From positions 87,422,001 through 87,486,000 of the forward strand of contig NC_087437.1 in assembly GCF_036321535.1 (NCBI RefSeq): a stretch of 64,000 nucleotides of DNA, read 5' to 3'. The position numbers and the translations under genes are program-made. The DNA is from Camelus dromedarius (lineage: Eukaryota). Positions 13,532 through 25,700 of the stretch are shown in pieces; position 1 is the first letter of the stretch, and each line of letters begins with the position of its first letter. Below the pieces are notes generated by a model. It ran no database searches, was not told the DNA's origin, and was given only the letters and a program-made list of their open reading frames with translations.

Positions 13532-15613
13532 ATTAGGTCCCATTTGTTTATTCTTGCTTTTATTTCTATTGGTTGGATAGACTGCCCTAGGAAAACATTT
13601 TTGAGATGTGTGTAAGATAATGTTTTGTCTATATTTTCTTCCAGGAGGTTTATTGTATCTTGTCTTATGTTTAAGTCTTTGATCCATTTTGAGTTGATTT
13701 TTGTGTATGGTGTAAGGGAGTGTTCTAGCTTCATTGTTTTACATGCTGCTGTCCAGTTTTCCCAACACCATTTGCTGAAGAGACTGTCTTTATTCCAATG
13801 TATATTCTTGCCTCCTTTGTCAAAGATGAGTTGACCAAAAGTTTGTGGGTTCATGTATGGGCCCTCTATTCTGTTCCATTGGTCCATATGTCTGTTTTTG
13901 TACCAATACCATGCTGTCTTGATGACTGTAGCTCTGTAGTATTGTCTGAAGTCTGGGAGAGTTATTCCTCCAGCCTCTTTCTTTCTCTTCAGTAATGCTT
14001 TGGCAATTCTAGGTCTTTTGTGGTTTCATATAAATTTTATTATGATTTGTTCTAGTTCCGTGAAATATGTCCTGGGTAATTTGACAGGGATTGCATTAAA
14101 TATGTAGATTGTCTTGGGCAGTGTGACCATTTTAACAATATTGATTCTTCCAATCCAGGAGCATGGGATATCTTTCCATTTTTTAAAGTCTTCTTTAATT
14201 TCCTTCATCAATGGTTTATAGTTTTCTGCGTATAAATCTTTCACCTCCTTGGATAGATTTACTCCTAGGTATTTTATACTTTGGGTGCTATTTTAAAGGG
14301 GATTCTTTCTTTACTTTCTTTTTCTGTTAATTCATTGTTAGTGTAAAGAAATGCAACTGATTTTTTTAAACATTTTTTACTGAGTTATAGTCATTTTACA
14401 ATATTGTGTTAAATTCCAGTGTAGAGCACAATTTTTCAGTTATACATGAACATAAATATATTCATTGTCACATTTTTTTTCACTGTGAGCTACCACTTAC
14501 AAGCTTCTGCACAGCAAAGGAAGCCATAAGTAAAATAAAACAACAACCTATGGAATGGGAGAAAATTTTTGCAAATGATGAAACCGACAAAGGTTTGATC
14601 TCCAGAATATATAAGCAGCTCATACGACATAATAAGAAAAAAACAAACAACCTAATCCAAAAATGGGCAGAAAACCTAAACAAGCAATTCACCAAGGAAG
14701 AAATACAAATGATCAATAGGCACATGAAAAATGCTCAGTATCACTAATTATCAGAGAAATGCAAATCAAAACTACAATGAGGTGTCACCTCACACCAGTC
14801 AGAATGGTCATTGTTCAAAAGTCCACAAATGACAAATGCTGGAGAGGCTATGGAGAAAAGGGAACCCTCCTACACTGCTGGTAGGAATACAGTTTGGTGC
14901 AGGCTCTGTGGAAAACACTATGGAGATTCCTCCAAAGACTAGGAATAGACTTACCATATGACCCAGGAATCCCACTCCTGGACATATATCCAGAAGGAAC
15001 CCTACTTCAAAAAGACACTGTACCCAGATGTTCATAGCAGCACTATTTACAATAGCCAAGACATGGAAACAGACTAAATGTCCACCAACAGATGACTGGA
15101 TAAAGAAGATGTGGTATATTTATACAGTGGAATACTATTCAGCCATAAAAAACGACAGCAACATGGATGTCCCTGGAGAATGTCATTCTAAGTGAGGTAA
15201 GCCAGAAGGAGAAAGAATAATACCATATGAGATTGCTCATATGTGATATCTGGGAAAAAAAAGCATAAATACAAAACAGAAACAGACTCATAGACATAGA
15301 ATACAAACTTGTGGTTGCCAAGGGGATGCGGGGTGGGAAGGGACAGACTGGGAGTTCAAAATTTGTAGATAATGACAGGCATATGCAGAATAGATAAACA
15401 CGTTTATACTGTATAGCACAGAGAAATATATACAAGGTCTTGTGGTAGCTCACAGCGAAAAAAAAATATGACAAATATGTATGTTCATGTATAACTGAAA
15501 AATTGTGCTCTACACTGGAATTTGACACAACATTGTAAAATGACTATAACTCAATAAAAAATGTTAAAAAAAAAGAGCAAAGTCAGAAAAATAATGAAAA
15601 TCAAAAAATAAAT
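13532..15613 (+). mobile_element. Young L1, 5'-truncated with 5' inversion (twin priming); inverted arm 13532-14360, sense arm 14496-15574
   Basis: TSD aaagg(a/t)tgagcatttc at 13516-13531 and 15614-15629. ORF2 peptides on - (DQWNRIE...[25 protein letters not shown]) and on + (SFCTAKE...EWEKIFA). AATAAA at 15553 and an A-tail. Confidence 0.95.
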
Positions 15614-17844
15614 AAAGGTTGAGCATTTCTATCATTAATTTATCTTGCTATAATAAAAGACTTTGGTGTGTAATTATTCTATATAAATCACTAATGTAAA
15701 ATACAGTATGAGAACACACATGAAATGGATACAGATTCCCTGTCTGTGGATATTCTAGGATAGTTGGAGACGTATTATATGCATAGTAATGCTATACTAT
15801 AATAAGATATATATTGCATATATATAATATATATATATATAATGCATGCCATACTAAATGGAAAATAATGCCTGTCATAGGAAATTTAAGAATTAAGGGA
15901 AGTGGACATGTAGAAGAAGGAGAGAAGACAGCTACCTTGGAGAATAGAACAGTTTGTGGAATAAGTGACATTTATATTTGCATTTGTACCTAAAAATGAG
16001 CAAAATGTGGACTTTTAGATATTATGGAGAATATCGTGCATGAATGTGAGGAATGGAAGTTGAAAAAATGAAGGTAATTGTTCATATTACATGAAGTAAA
16101 ACTATAAAAGTGCATGGTTCCACATTCTTGCCTTTAGAGTATTGATCTGTAGAAACTAAGTGAACTATGGGGACAGAAAAGGTAATTGTGGTTTGGGCTG
16201 AGAAGGAACTTGAATCCCAATATTGATTGTTCTGGGATTTGTGAGCAAGGAAGTAGCATGATCTTGGTTTTGTGTGAAGAATATTAATTGGTAAACACTT
16301 TGCTTGTTTTATTTGAGGGGGAAAAAAAGGCAGAGCAGGCTAGGTGGAAAACTACAGGCTTATCCAGAGGAAGGATAATGACAGCATAATCTCTTGTGGA
16401 AGCAATAAAACTATAACAGAAATCATGGCTGTAACAGCACAGTGCCGTAAATGATGGTATTTAACAACCCACAGGATATGAGGACTAACAAACAAGTTAA
16501 AGATCATTTCAAAGTTCAAGGAGAATACTAATCTCTTTAATAGTAAACAAAGAAAGAATTTTGGGAAAGAAGGGATGGATTCTTTTTAGAGAATACCATC
16601 TATCTGCGTTTCCTCTGCTTTAGCCACCCTATTTGAATAGAAGAATGAAAAACGTTATATTTATTAATGTCATCCTTTTAAAAATGGATGAAAAAGCAAA
16701 AAGGTGGCTATATTCATAGCTGTTACTGATTCATGGGCTAATTATGTCATAAGCAATCTTCACTTTCAGGTAAATGTATTAACTGACACTTGTACGCTAG
16801 GAATAGTGGCTTTGCTTGAGTGGCTCCTCTACACGTAAGTCATACTTTACATAGCACCATGCAAAGTGAGGGCTGCCTGTATACACACAGGTGGATTACA
16901 CAGAGCTGTCACGGACATTTATATGATTATTCTGACTGAATATACTCTGCCTTGTTATTAATTAATACCATAACTTGCCAAGGGAAAGTTAGCTAGTGGA
17001 CACAAAGTATGTATTTTTTTATCAGAATTGGGGGGAGGAAATAAATGATTACCAGATGTCACACAGCTATACAGTGGATAGGCATGACCAAATTCATGCC
17101 TATACTCATTTCTTAGCCCCAAATTAAACAACCATTGTCTTGAGTCCCTTTTGTTCCTAGGACAAAATTAGCTCATTGCTGAGAAGAAACCTGATCTTTC
17201 CTGAGACAAAATCAAATATCATTTAACTTGGCATCACAGTTGAAGATAATTGTTTTTCTCCTAATGCACCAGCAATGTGCAGATTTTGCCACTGAAAAGA
17301 ATATCTAGTATGCTAACTTAAAAGAACTCTTAGGCTGGCATTTTATTACTTCAGTGAATTTGTCAGATGCAGGATCTGGCCTTAAGCCTGGAAGGCTCAG
17401 GAGCTGAGTTAATGCCTCCCTTAGGAAAGGGAGGGGAGGGCACATTAACCAAGCCCAAATATTTAGTAGTATTTATTAACATAAGTGTGTGTATCTATTT
17501 CACAGAACAAAGGAAACACAATTCTAAAGACCCAATGTCTTCTCTATCAGTATCTGAATGGATATTAGAAACTTTTATTTCTGTGGTTTTTCCCTTTTCT
17601 CTGCTTTCGTGACTGACCAATCTTCCTTCAGACATTACCTTTATGTGTTGATCTCTTCAATAATCTCTTATTGGAGTTTTGATAGTTATTATGTGTTGAT
17701 TTTACAAGGTAACTCAGATTTCAATGCTTTAGTGTTATAAAATAGACAATACAAACTAATACATACCCTGCAACTTTCCATTACTTGCATTAAATTTTAT
17801 AGTGTAATATTTGGTTTATTAAGAAAAGGTACAAGCTCTATTTG

Positions 17845-19485
17845 GACATCTCAAAGGAATTTCAAACTCAAGTACGAGGGAAAAAAAGTATTATTTTCTG
17901 ACCCACCTGCCCAAGATTTCTATTGTGTATTTCCTCAGTGAACGAACCACCATCCATCCAGTTGCACATACCATAAAACTGGGAGTCTTCTTTGACATTT
18001 TCTCTTCTTTCATCCTTAAGCCAACACCCCCCCCCCATTCATTTATTCAACAAATATATCTTGAATGGCCATACTGCTTTAGTTACTGGAAAAATAGCAA
18101 TAAAATGGAAGGAAGTCGCCTTGAAATAATGAAGCTTAGATTTTGGTTGGCGAGAAGTGTTGACAGATAGACAATAAAGAATTAAAACAAGTAAAAAAAT
18201 TACTATATCAGAAATTGGTAAATTCCAGTTCCCAAAATAAAACTGCATGAGAGAACAGGATTATGTGTGAAAGAGAGGTGCTTTTATAGACAGGGTGATC
18301 AGGGAAGGCATCTCTGATAAACTGGCATTCATACCTTTCTAAAATCTTATAAAGTCATATTGACCTCAGTTCTTGAATCTTGATCATATCTGTTTACTTC
18401 TTTCTTCACTATTAACGTAATGTGAGGCATCCATGAAAATGCACCTCTCAGACCTTCTGCTAAGTGTATTTGACCAAAGAGTACAGTTCTTGTACTTTGA
18501 AATTCATCACACATTTATGCTTAGGCCAAAATTCCTATGGACTTTTCCCTTCCAGTGACTGCACAACAGGGATGCCAAGACAGGCCTTTTCCTGGGAGAT
18601 ACAGGACTCACTTAAAAGCCTTTAACTCAAGGTGTTGAATGGTGGGCTAAGACTTCCCCACTCCATTGTCGTCCTTCCTTCTCTCCCTCACAATGGTGAG
18701 TGGTCTGATGACTCCCACAGGCTCTCCCATTTCTCTCCCTATTTTCTTGCACAAATCATCTCTGCTTCTCTGAAGGCCCCTTGACTCACATACCCTGCTT
18801 GAGCTCTCTCACATTCTCTCCGGCCCTCTCTCCATACTTTGAACATTTCACACAGTGAAAGTCTCATCATGTCATCACTACTGCTTAGAAACCTATAGTT
18901 TCATTCTGTTGCTCTTCAGAGTCTCAGATCCATGCAGGGCATATAAAACTCAGCTTGGCTATCTGTGCCTGGGCACCTTCCCAACTCCATCTCTTTCTCC
19001 TCTTCCTCTAACTTTTCCCTCTTTCCAACTCATATGCCCTTCATTTGCTCTCTGAAGATGTCCAGCTTTCACTCAGCTGACACTAACCTCTATACATTCT
19101 GTTCCTTTGCCAGAAGTGCGCTGACTGTTCCCCCTGCCCCCGCCCCATTTCTCCTACCAGTTTTGATCAGGGAACTCTTACTTATTCTGTGGTTGTCCTG
19201 TTCAGACTTGCGCTGATCATCATTCTCCTTCATCTAGATCAGATTCCTTTATTTTATCTTTTCAACTTGGCGTAAAGAATATTTACCCATTCATTAGTGT
19301 GATTGCCTTCAGAGACTGTCTCAGTTTGCAATTATGCATTAATTAGTATGATTATTTGATTAATACCCACTTCTCCTACTGAGTTATAAGTTCACCTTTT
19401 AATCACCATTATATCCCAGCATTTAGTTCAGTGTCTGGCCTGAAGTAGGCATATAATAAATATGTATTAAATGGAAGAATGAATA
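17845..19485 (+). mobile_element. L2 3' region, interrupted by a reverse L2 fragment (~18037-18330) and an LTR
   Basis: tcaaactca, caccatccatccagttgc, aaactgggagtc; terminal agtgtctggc...taggc...aataaata...gaatgaa. Confidence 0.7.
18421..18790 (+). mobile_element. ERVL solo LTR (LTR16-like)
   Basis: tgtgaggc start, ccagtgactg, caggccttttcctgggagatacaggactc, tctgcttctc...gactcaca end. Confidence 0.65.
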
Positions 19486-19669
19486 AACAATTTTTCTCCC
19501 TAGAAGTCTGATTAAACAGCATATCTTCTTGTAGCTTGATTTTTCCCAATTCTAAGTAATTGCAAATATTCTATATTAAAACAACATCTACATAATGGGA
19601 ATATGATAATACAAAATTGGTGTAATTTTAAGAGTGTATATCAAACTGCAAAGACGTAAAACAAGTTTA

Positions 19670-19810
19670 CTGTACATTGAGTACTTACTACATGGTAAGC
19701 ATTGCTAAGGACTCCATAAGCATTAACTCACTTAATCTCACAACACTCCTAAGGAGTGTTCCTATGACTTCCTTGTCGATGAAAAGCCTGATGCTGAGAG
19801 GCACTAAGAG
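19670..19810 (-). mobile_element. MIR fragment
   Basis: attgagtacttactacatg...aactcacttaatctcacaacactcctaagg...gatgaaaagcctgatgctgagag. Confidence 0.55.
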
Positions 19811-19879
19811 GGAAAAAAGCCATTTTTTTCCTTCATTAATGAAAAATCTAGAAAAACACTGAAACACAACTTTAAAGCT

Positions 19880-21540
19880 TTTTAATTGACATATAGTTAA
19901 GTTACAATATTGTATTAGTTTTACATGTACAGTATAGTAAATCAGTATTTTAAAGTTATTACAAAATAATGGCTGTATTTCTCTGTGCTGTATAATATAT
20001 CCTTGTTGCTTGCCTATTTTATATATAGTGGTTTGTATTTCTTAATCCCATACCCCCTTCATACTCTTTATCTTCTTCCCTCTCCTCAGTGATATCCATT
20101 AGTTTGTTTTCTATATCTACGAGTCTGTTTTTGTTTAATTTTTTTAATTCCACATGTAAGTGATAACGTATAGTATTTGTCTTGTCTGACTTATTTTACT
20201 AAGCACAATACTCTCTAGATCCATCCACATTGTTGCAAATGCTCAGATTTTCATTCATTTCTATGGCTGAGTAATATTCCATATATGTACCACATCTTCT
20301 TTATTCATTAATCTGTTGATAGACACTTGGGTTGCTTCCATACTTTGGCTATTATAAATAACACTGCTATGAACATTAGGGTGCATGTATCTTTTCAAAT
20401 TAGTGTTTTCATTTTCTTTGAATAGAAATATAATCCAGCAGTGAAATTACTGGATGATATGGTACTTCTATTTTTAGTTCTTTAAGAAACCTCCATACTG
20501 GCTGCACCAATTTATGTTCCCACCAACAGTGTACAAGGGTTCCCTTTTCTCCACATCCTCACCAGCATTTGTTATTTGTAGACTTTTTGATGTTAGCCAT
20601 TGTGACAGGTGTAAGGTGATATCTCATTGTGGTTTTGATTTGCATTTCTGTCTCTAATTAGTGATGTCAAACAACTCTTCATGTGCCTGTTAGCTTCTTT
20701 ATGTCTTCTTTGGAAAAATGTCTATTCAGGATTTCTGCCCATTTTTTTAATTGAATTTCTTTTGTTGTTGAGTTGAATTAGCTGTTTTTATACTTTGGAT
20801 ACTAACCTCTTATCTGTCATGTCATTTGCAAATATTTTCTCCCCATTCAGTAGGTTGTCTTTTTGCTTTATTGATGGTTTCCTTTGCTGTGCAAAAGCTT
20901 TTAAGTTTAATTACGTCCCATTTGTTTATTTTCACTTTTATTCCTTTTGCCCTAGGCAACAGATCCAAAAAAATATAGCTACAATTTATGTCAGAGAGTG
21001 TTCTGCCTGTGTTCTCTTCTCGAATTTTTATGGTTTCAGATCTTACCTTTAGGTCTTTAGGTCTTTAGTTCACTTTGAGTTTGTATTTGTATATGGAGTG
21101 AGGAAATGTTCTAATCTCAGTGTTAGTGGATTGAAAGAATTAATATTGTTAAAATGTTCATACTACCCAAAGCAATATACAGTTTCAATGCAATTCCTAT
21201 AAAAGTATCCATGACATTTTTCACAGAACTAGAACAAATAATCCAAAAATTTGTATGGAACCAACAAAGACCCTGAACTGCCAAAGCAACCTTGACAAAA
21301 AAGAACAAAGCCAGAGGTATCACACTCTCTGACTTTAGACTACACTACAAAGCTGTAGTCATCAAAACAGCATAGTACTGACACAAAAATAGACACATAG
21401 ATGAACAAAACAGAATAGAGACCCCATAAACCTACATGCCTATGGTTGATTAATCCATGACAAAAGAGGCAAGAATATACAGTGGAGGAAAGACAGTCTC
21501 TTCAATCTGTTGTGCTGGGAAAACTGGATAGCTGCATTTA
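19880..21540 (-). mobile_element. L1 with 5' inversion: 3' arm on - (19880-21119), inverted arm on + (21127-21540)
   Basis: Reverse 3' UTR and ORF2 C-terminus run up to gaggaaatgttctaatctca; then sense ORF2 tggattgaaagaattaatattg...gggaaaactggatagctgcat. The two arms are nearly contiguous in ORF2 order. Confidence 0.9.
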
Positions 21541-24500
21541 TTTTTAATTTTAAGATCAATTTTAGATTAGAAATTTATTTTAATATAAATGCTTGTTGAA
21601 ATTTGTAACTTCTCATAGTGTGTTGCTATTTTCAACCCTCTCAGCATGTCTCTGATTTTCATTACATTTAAACTACCTATAGCAAGTTAAATGTTATGTG
21701 GACATAAAGACAGTGGGAAAGAAATTTAGGGTGATGTCCTTTTTCTGCTCTGAAAAACAAATGTAATTGATGTAACTACATTAGTAGAAAAAAAAAGATG
21801 CTTAAATGTTCTTATGCTAACATATCATGTTTTTTATATCATTATGACTTGTAGAATCAATAGTTCATTGCAGGAAGAATTTCTCATCAGTGTCATTTAC
21901 AAATAACAATACATGGCATGTGAGGCATTGGGATATTTTGTGTCTCTTTCATTTATTAGTGAGCTGATTCTAAAATAAATAATTTTATTAAGAGATAGAT
22001 TTTTCCCCATAAATTTTATATTACTTTTTTCTTTTTGTTGAACAGTCTCCAATATTTGACAAGTAAATAGAAAATTTAAAAATAAGTGGCCTTTCAGTTT
22101 AAATAAATCACTGCTTTATTTATCTAATTATGAGGTATATTTATGTACATCTCTGAAAACTAGCATCCACTGATCAGTTGCAGACTAAAGTCAGAGAAAT
22201 GCTTTAGGTTGCTGAAAATATGTAAGAGCAATAGAATTTTTCCTCTGAGGGAACTTGCATCAAAAAGGATTATAATACAATTCAGTTGAAGTGAGAACAA
22301 ATGACATAGTTAACTGGCATGTCATGTTATATGGTAATGACATACGCAGAACCACTCCTATGTGAAGGTCTGGGTATCAGTCCTTGACAGTTACTTACAG
22401 AAATCATGTCACTAGGCTGAGAGATGCTGAATTGGGCTATTCTACATATTTTTGGTATATTTCCAGGCTGATGCATTTTCAGGAAAATTAATAGCTCAAA
22501 AGAAAGAGTAAGTGGTCAGTTTATTTGCCTAGTTGAGAGGCCAAGCTGACAAGGTTGTAACACTGAAGTAGAATTCTCATATGTCATGTGATTATCATAA
22601 TGTTTTTTTCTTGACAGTGTATGGATAATTTAAATGCCAGTAAGGTGAGTCTCAGAGGAATGTCTGTACACACTTGGAATTAGCAGGGACGGGCAATTCC
22701 ATAGAGTACTTATGATGATTACCTGTAATCTTGTCACTTGGAAAACTTTAGGAGGTAGGCAACATTTCTAATTGATATGGAAAACTGCCCAGAGGATTAA
22801 CAATAGGGGAAATTTTCCCTTTTGGTGGAGGTCAAATGATCCCAGCTGCTTAGATTAAGGGGCACAATATGAAAAAATAGGAATAGATGTGTCAAGTGAA
22901 AACACTGCAAAGTAATACACATATTGTGTTTTTTAATGTGTCAAGTGTATATATTCAAATGCCAAGAAATTTCACTTGAACTGTCAAATCATTCTAGAAA
23001 GAAAGCTTCCAAAGACAAAATGTCAAGAAATGATGGTATAATACTAGCGATTGTATTCATCCAGAAAGAACCAAATATGTTGTCAGTACCTTTTAGGTGC
23101 TTCTATAAGCAAGTTGAAACATTACTTCCAATATTGTCATGAAAATTGGACAGCATAACCTCTCCTTTCATTCTCTATGACTGGCAAATAAATATTTATA
23201 ACTCTGTAGTGATGTATCATGGATAATAGAAGTTTTTCATTATAAATGACCTTAAGAATGACCAGATCTTTGTCTGTGATCTGGGAAAAAAAAAAAAGTC
23301 AGAGAGATCAGGTGACTCACACAAGGTCATCAGACAGATTTTTAGAGGTAGGGGCAGAAAATGGTTGATTTTTTTTTTAAACTTGAAAGTTCAGTGCTTA
23401 TTTTTGTACTACAGCATGCCAAAGTTAATTTTCCAAATGAAAAAGTGATTTTGTTCATTTAAGAATGTAAAATATGTTGAGATTAACACAGAACTATCTA
23501 TTTATTTAAATTGTTTACAATTCTAAAAACAAGTGAGATGGAGAAATGTGGGAATATACTGAAACAAAAATGTAGCCAAGTACTTGGTACAAAGGACCTA
23601 ACCTGCTCCAGTGATTTGCAGTTAAGAAGCTATCCTTCATTTTTATTTAAAGAGGCATGAATAAGTATAGGGGTAAAAATTTGCTTAGGAAAATGCATTG
23701 GTCAGCAATGTGCCAATTTAAAACTAGTCATTATTTGGAATCCTATGGGAAAAAGACTATTGAAAGGTCAAGAGTGGGTAATGTGGACTGTATTTATTCT
23801 GCCTATAATAATTACAGTAGACTACAGAGTACCAGGGTCTTGAATTCCTAAAAAATTTATGAAATTTCTACAATATTTCTCATTTTTATCTGAAGATACG
23901 TGTACAGATTTCCCTTTGATTTATTTGGTTACTGAGTGGGTCTCTACAATACTGGGCTAATGTTTTGTTCTTTCTTATCTTCTCTTGACTGATGTAGAAT
24001 ATGCTTTAAGAAAAGCATTTGAACTAAGATACTGATATCAGAGTACAAGAATATACTATTATTTATAGAGGAACAGAACATAGATACATTAACAATATAG
24101 TTCTTCTCTCAAGAGATTCTTCGTTTCCCTTTGAAGGATTGTCTTCTCAGGGTCAAGGTCATGGACAGAGCAGCATGGGAGAAATTCTTTTGCAGATGCT
24201 TACTCAGAGCAGGCATGTGGAAAATAAGCAGATGACTTCAATTTACAGTGTCATTACTCACCCCATCCCTGACATTGTCCTAGCATGCACACACATTCCA
24301 CAAACAGCACCAGAGCTGTAGTCCCATATGCCTGATATTTGAACTATAATATGTCAAAATAGATTTGGAGAAGAAGGTGTTTGCTGATTGATGGCATATC
24401 TTCATTTTAAGTAAGGATGGGTAGGTCTCCACCTCAGTTTCCCTAAGGTAGCTAGACTCCCTGGATTCTTTTTTTTTTTTTTTTTAAGAAACACCATCCA

Positions 24501-25114
24501 AATTGAGTGATATAAGTGGGTATTATTAAAAATGGGACTTCACCAACCAACCATATTGATGGTGTTGACTATCTGACAATGAAAAGTTATGCTACTTCTA
24601 CTTTTTAGTAGACTTTTGACAAAATTTGTCTACACATGTGAAAGTAATGTCTACACATTAGAAATTTAGAAGAATTCTCCATGAAAATATAAAAAAGATT
24701 TTAGACCTCAAACATCACATTTTCTTTTATGCAGCTCTGGTTATAGACCACGTAATGCAAGCCATCCTGTGGCTGTACAGTTTTTCCTCAGAGTAATCAA
24801 AAAGATTTTTATACTATGGAACTGCCTTCATCTCTCAGTTCATAACAGGGTCCTCCAGATGCCTTTATTCTAACCTGCAGCAGTTTTTTGTTAACACAAA
24901 TTAAAAGTTTTCCATAATGTCATTTAACACACTCAAGATAATGTTTTATGGAAGTAGTTTTTCAGTTACTTATTTATGGAGTTTAAGGAACTGCTAGTTT
25001 TTTTTTTTTAAAGTGAACTCCATTGATGTAACTTTTACAATAAATGGCACTCATTTTGAGCATACAGTTTTAAGAGCTTTAACAAATATAACCATCACTA
25101 CAATTAAAACATAT

Positions 25115-25700
25115 TATCTGTTTCAGAACTGTTTGTAATAGAGAAATCTGTTTAGCTCTGAGGACTAGGATATATAGTCATATCTTAGGATGTTAAAAAA
25201 AAAAAACATTAGACAAAAAGATCAGGCCTAGAAAAGACACACACTAGCTTTGCCCACATTCCCATTCACTGGAATCAGTGACTATGGCTAACTAAAATGG
25301 AGGCCAGGATATATAATCTCTCTGTGTAACCAAAAATAATATGGAATAACTAACATTTTCTGCCATGGTCTGAACCTGTGCTCTCTAATGATTTGCATTT
25401 TTCTTCCCATAAATGTAACATGTCTGTACCCATTCCCATGGATGATAACTCATAGCCCCATCCAGATGTTGTGTTTAATTCAATACAGAGGGTCTCTGCT
25501 GAGTCCTCTCCATAAGGTCCACATGTGCATCCCAGGGGTTAAAAGCTCTCTGCCCACCTCTGAAGACACATCCAATGAACATTGATGAAGTAGGGATAGT
25601 GAAAGCCTAAGGAAAACTTTTTCATTCAGAAAAGGGATGAAGGAAAGACACACAGCAGTCACTGGTCAATAGCAATGATGAGCTAATATGTGTTTGTGTA
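25115..25700 (-). mobile_element. Old MaLR LTR end plus adjacent internal sequence (MLT1H/J-like)
   Basis: gcccacattcccattcactggaatcagtgactatggc...tttctgcca resembles a reverse MLT1 LTR end; very diverged, boundaries approximate. Confidence 0.4.
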
